Shown here piece after piece: positions 46,212 to 51,468 of a stretch of 51,468 bases of DNA (its first letter is position 1; every line of letters starts with the position of its first letter). Source of the stretch: Klebsormidium nitens (lineage: Eukaryota > Plantae > Klebsormidiophyceae); NCBI GenBank assembly GCA_000708835.1, contig DF237245.1:1-51468 (forward strand). The letters are read 5' to 3'. The notes beneath the pieces were generated by a model. It saw only the letters and a list, made by a program, of their open reading frames with translations, made no database searches and was not told the DNA's origin. A program made the position numbers and the translations under genes.

Positions 46212-48311
46212 GGGCATGGCCAGAACGTTGGTCACCTCCGCTTAACGAAATTCTTGTCATACGCACAAATGGAGGTCTTTCAGGTGGAACCGTGGTTCGT
46301 ATGGATCCAGATCTGGATTCTTGCTTGCGTGGATACAGCTTCCAATAGCCCAACTCTGTATCCTGCTTGTCGGACCAGATCACCTCAATTTCGAGGAGTG
46401 CTCCCTTGCCACATTTCTGCCAAGCAAGCGGATGTCGATGAAGTGCGGTAGACATGTGTGACTCAGCCTGGGACGCTGCGGTTACATCCGAAATTCTTTC
46501 TTGCCGGCTGACGACATATAACAACATTCACGTCGATCGAAATGTCGTTGCAAGGATGAAAATGGTCTGGCCTGCTTGCTTGATGTGATATCCATCTGCT
46601 GTAAAATGTGCGACATATTCAAAGACTGCTGCGCTTGCTTTCTAAAGCTTCCGAACTTTTCTGTATCCATTGACATAAGGCTGACTGAGTCACAAGCACG
46701 TCAAAAGATTATCTGGATCTTTTTCGTTCGCCGCGAAGAGTAGTGCAAAGAACTCTTTTCGCATTACTGTGTGAGCGCCTCATCAGGCGCCAGGACGAGT
46801 ACGTTTTTGTCACAAGCGGATAGTTTTAATCAGCCAGCTACAGGTGCTTACACGAAGTGTTTGCTTTCGGCTGCTGCAAGCCTTGTTTCGACTCCAGTTG
46901 ACGCCTTGAGCAGGCTACTTTATTGTGTTGCAAACGACGCACATCGGCTTCGTTTAAAAAGTCTTCTTTCTTCCATGCGGAAACAACCTGGATCACGTAT
47001 GCTGCCTCGCCTGCCTTCTCAGTTCTGAAACGTTTCGTTCGTTCACTTTTAGACGGAGCGAGGCCGTCCTGTCGTGTGTGCGACTCACTCTATCGTCAAA
47101 CCATGGTCAATTGATTGCATGCCCTTCACGCGTGGAGGCTGTCTCGTCTTGAATTCCAAGACCTGCCCATGCTTTCAGGAGAGATTCCTCTGGCAGCTCT
47201 GCTTGCCACAAGTCACATCACATCACAGCTGCAGTCTCTGCTGGCATCTTAAAGGGACATCTCGAGCCCCATCGCTATATCGAGGGGGCGTCCCCGCAAA
47301 AAATGGCATTTTCTGTCGTCTCATCTGCTGCCGGTTCGCACCTCCCTCTTTTCTGCAGCTCTTTTGTCTTGTTGTTCTGGCACGGATTGAATGCATTCTT
47401 GTCAAGATAGGAGGTGGCAATGAAACGATTCTGATTGAACTTCTCTTGAGCTCACACAAGAGGCTTGACCCTCCGATGCCATGCCCTCTGCAAACCGGAC
47501 CCCTGATATCAACAGACGGACCATCTCACTCGCAACGAACGTCGAATTGGCTCAGGTCCTGAAGTTTGTTGACCCGCCTTCTGGTTTGCAAATGCACCCT
47601 TTTCTCAAATTCCTATTTCAAATTTCAGAAGTAACAAATGTCCTCCGCCACATAGTTCAAGGTCTGGAGAAACATTTGTGTCATCACGTCAGCTCTGAGC
47701 CGAGTTCCATCTGCAAGTCCTTTGTTGAACGTGGTCGACGCCCCTTGTGGCCGTCACCTCCTCGGGCAGCTCTCGTTCGTCGCAATTGCTCGTTATGACA
47801 ATCTGTTGCTCAGGCCCTTTTGCAGCTTTGAGCCGTGTTGTTGCGTGCCGTTACCATTTTCATGCTGGCTGCTAAAGCAGGTTGGTGCTCCAGAAACATG
47901 GTTCCACAATCTGTGAAAATCCCTGTGGCCAATCATCGGCAAATTTGAGCTGGTTCTAGGACCTCTAAGTGGTGTCTTACAGGCCTTGTGGCAATGAGAA
48001 GCCCATTCCTTGAGCGTACACCGAGCTCAAACCCGTGTGGATGCGAGAAATGAAGCCGCACTATTCACTATGTTTGATGATTATCTTGGACAGCGGATGT
48101 GTGCTTGAAGCCGCGTGTCTTTGCAGATTCTTGTCTTTTAAGTTCGTTCAACTGATTGTTCTGATTGCTCAGTACTGTTCCTTCTTTTGCGAGGGGCTCA
48201 GGTATCGTTTCCAGTGATCTATTCAGAGTTGGGTCTTTCTGGAAGTAGCCGGCGCATCAGACCGTCAGGGGTTATTTGGTACATTTGGGCGCGCTTTGTT
48301 TTCAGTTGAGG

Positions 48312-48365
48312 CGTAGTCTCTGTTCCCCTCTTAAGAAACGTAGTCTCTGTTCCCCTCTTTTAGAG
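48312..48365. repeat. Tandem duplication, 27-nt unit x2
   Basis: cgtagtctctgttcccctcttaagaaa then cgtagtctctgttcccctctttagagg. Confidence 0.85.
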
Positions 48366-51300
48366 GCTTCGAAGGGCTGGTGCTTCTCTATCGTCTTCTC
48401 TCCTGGTGCTTGTTGTGTTCTTTTCGGTCAACCTTCGGGGTAACCCCTTCCCCCGATTGAGTGGCCCTGACGAAGACATGCAATTGCGGCCGTTTTGGCG
48501 ATCGCACTCGGAGCACCAAGGTTCACTAGGTCGTACGCCACAGTTCTTCTTTCAATAGTGATACAAAGACAGACCTGTGACGTCGGATGTTAATGGGCTC
48601 GGAAAGAATTTTGCATACAACGTCCGCCGACTCGACTGTCCTTGTTGAAGTCTGCACAACATTTATTGAGGGTCCCGATAATAGTAACTGAGACAATTCT
48701 GGGTCCGTGCTGTGCCACGGCGTCTTTGGCGGATGTTGGAGACCTCGGCCCATGCAGACCTCATCCAAACAGACAAACCCTGTCGATGGTAATAGATGCT
48801 TGAATCTGTCAGCGACCGTGTACAGCCTTGCCTTAATCCCAGCAGTGCCCTTGCAAGCAATCAACGAATGGATTGTTACGACCTTATCTCTCGGACGACA
48901 GTGTAGATGGATCCCTCTGAGAAAGTGGCGCTCAACGACACTTGTGTTTGTTTTTTCTGCTTAATTTCTGACCCGGGCGCGTCTGTCGAGGCTTCCGGTC
49001 GTTTTCCGTGAACAACTAGTGCATGGGATGGCGTTGTGAATCAGTTAACTCAGGACCACCCGCATCGTAAAGCTCTACACCGTAAGACTCAGATCCGTCA
49101 CGGAGGAAAATTGTTTTGTCAAGGACGTGCTTCTTGTCCGCTGGTCACAATGCTAAATGGGCCACGCATATAACCGCTGCGGATCAACAACTCTGCATGC
49201 TGCTATCCGAGTTTTTTCAAAGTCTTACGCGTCATCTCAGCTGCTCTACAAGTTTGGGTGGTCAGCATTGCGAAAAAACTAGTCGTTGATAAAGTGCCAC
49301 CGTTTCGTTTATTGAGCAACAACGTTTAGGATCGTCAAACTTTATTTCAAATGTCGTCGGACTCTTATAAGAAACGCTCAGCTATAAGCTCCGGTTTCCG
49401 TTTACCGTACGACAGCCTTCATAATTTTCGTTAGCGCTGACAACGAACGACCCTGCCCAACATTCGTTGTTGAGAATTTGATCATGATAGGAACAAAAGA
49501 GTAGCAGCGCAATCCTAAACCCATGTATGTACGTGTGAAGCTTTGTCTACGGCGTCCTGCCACGCTTCCGTCAGTTATAATGCACTCGCGTGTCCTTTGA
49601 AATTGCAAGCTGAGGCCTTCCAGACTCTCCCTGGTTCAATTAGCGCAGACTTCTCGAAGATGCCGAAACCACTTGCTTTGCGTCTGGAGGCCAGGTAATT
49701 TTCTCTCGACGAGAGGCGACTTGGATCTTAGGGCAATATCCTAAGCTTCCTTTGCGAAAAGCACGAGGCGCAACAGTTTGGCCTTTCTTTGAACCTCTAG
49801 CCCTAGAGTGGACAGTTGCCATCCGTGTTACCTAATCATTCCGCCGAAGCTACATTTCAAACCGTCTGCTGGTTCAAATAAGCTGGCAAACAGTCGTGCG
49901 TCAGCTTAGTTGACGAAGCACCCCTGCGCTTTTGGGGTGTGATTTGGGACGGCTGTTGTCCCCCTGGAAACGGGGCCTGGCTGAGAGACACCCCTTGGCC
50001 GTGCATACATAAGGCCCTCTTTTGGCCACTCCTTGATGAGTTTTGGGCTCGAAAGCGTTGCAAGTACAAAGAGCTCCGGTAACGTCTGTGAAAGTGTAAA
50101 ACCGCACCAGCTGAGGCCAAACGGGTTACACGAGCGTATGATTTATAGCGAGCGGAAAAAAGGGAAAGTTCTGTGTAATGTCATGGACGACCCAATCGCC
50201 CTGGCGCCCGTAATTAGCTGCCACTGCGAAAGTTGCAATTGCTGACGACGAACTGTTTTGGATTGCGACCCGTGCTGGCGTCATTCTTTCCGCGTAGGCG
50301 GGCTGCTTTTAAATATCGGGATTGTGTCGTCGAGCCGGCTGGCTTTTTGTGGGCTTTCGACAACGGATCCAGGTTGCGAGCGTTTGGTAGCGGTTGACAG
50401 CTGTTTTTTCTGCAAGCAAGGAAAGGAAAGTTGCTTCCCGGTAGTTTGACCATAGCCCTTCTTTGGAACTAGCGGAGACGAATTTTTGCTAAAGTCGGCC
50501 ACTTCCCGTTCTTGAGCACGCTTCAAAACTCCAACGATCGAAATCAGTCTGGTCAGTGCGCACTTATAGAGACCGCGCGTGTCCAGTTATGAAAGTTCTT
50601 TATTGCGAGTGGTCTTTGAGTCAAAATCGGCTGAACATTTGAGCGGACGTAATCTTTCCTTAAGCTCGGCGGACTTCTGCTTCAGGCTAGCTCCTGAAGA
50701 CAAATCTTTTCAACTGCTTTTGTCCGATTGAGTTGGCCACTGCACTACCCAACGGAACGACATTCTACAAACGACCTCTGCCGTTGAGGCGCGGTGTTAT
50801 CCGCCCGTCGTTTGACAAAAAGTGCTTCAGAGGCCCTCCGCTGAGTCGTCGACGCGCCTGTCGTTTCTGGCCAAGTAGACCTGTCGCTCGACGCATATTG
50901 CATTCAAGGATCTAGGTCGTACCTTAGTTTCGTGTCAAAGAAGAGCTGCTGCTGCTTCAGGATCTCCGAGCTTGAGATTGCCTGAGCCTATGGGATACTT
51001 CATACGCGGCCTGGTTGGCACACCTTTTTCAGGCTTGATTCACTTGTAAGTTCTGCCACTGGTGTTACCTCGCACCATCTCGCGGAGTTTTGCAGGACTG
51101 TCCCACGATTGTGCATTTCATCTTGCGGTTCTCTGAACATTTCTTCCGCTCTCTCCCTCTCTCTTCTTACTGGTATATAGTGCGCGCCTAGTCATAACGA
51201 CGCCTTGCGAAAGGCGAAGAGTTTTCACTTTCTCACTTTAGTTGCTCCAGTTCCTTTAGGCTGGTCTCAAGACTTCTTTGCTATCTGTGTTACAATTTCT

Positions 51301-51468
51301 AAGCAAGAGAAAGGTAGTAGGCTTTAATGCCGTGATCAGCGGCGGCACTGGTGGCTCAGTAGGATTTCGGTCGACGCGCAACCTAATAGCCATCATGCAT
51401 CATTGCACCCGCGTACTTAACCCTTTAACAGCGGCTGTTGCCTTTTGTTGCCTTTCGCAACAACATGG

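Noticed and set aside
47782-48915. Minus-strand GIHLH (48901-48915) and IVITSNC (47782-47802), suggestive of a Rep/NS1 HUH endonuclease plus SF3 helicase motif C
   Set aside because: No Walker A (GxxxxGK[T/S]) found between them, frames are discontinuous, and motifs this short occur by chance.
51345-51400. ggcactggtggctcagtagg resembles a tRNA 5' end or Pol III A-box
   Set aside because: No B-box (GGTTCGA) and no cloverleaf pairing follow.

Overview
Eukaryotic, intron-rich nuclear DNA (about 50% GC, high-GC3 exons, GT/GC-AG introns), consistent with a streptophyte green alga such as Klebsormidium; the organism is inferred, not verified. By manual splice reconstruction the window holds eight protein genes: CCT8 chaperonin (+), ECO1/CTF7 cohesin acetyltransferase (-), FLAP1/DUF1517 (+), an aldo-keto reductase (AKR, +), an orphan gene (-), a secreted Cys-rich ependymin-related-like protein (-) that the ORF track mostly misses, intronless Kish (+) and PIG-W/GWT1 (+). 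The last ~5 kb has no gene I can support. Three features stand out. (1) The AKR ends in three intact tandem alternative last exons behind a GC donor, giving swappable C-terminal loops. (2) Kish stops only 86 nt before the PIG-W start codon, a candidate dicistronic locus. (3) Four genes carry periodic, progressively decayed tandem copies of their own splice junctions that mostly keep the AG/GT; this could be a junction-centred route to intron growth, decoy splice sites and new exons. All family assignments are from motif recognition; no searches were run.
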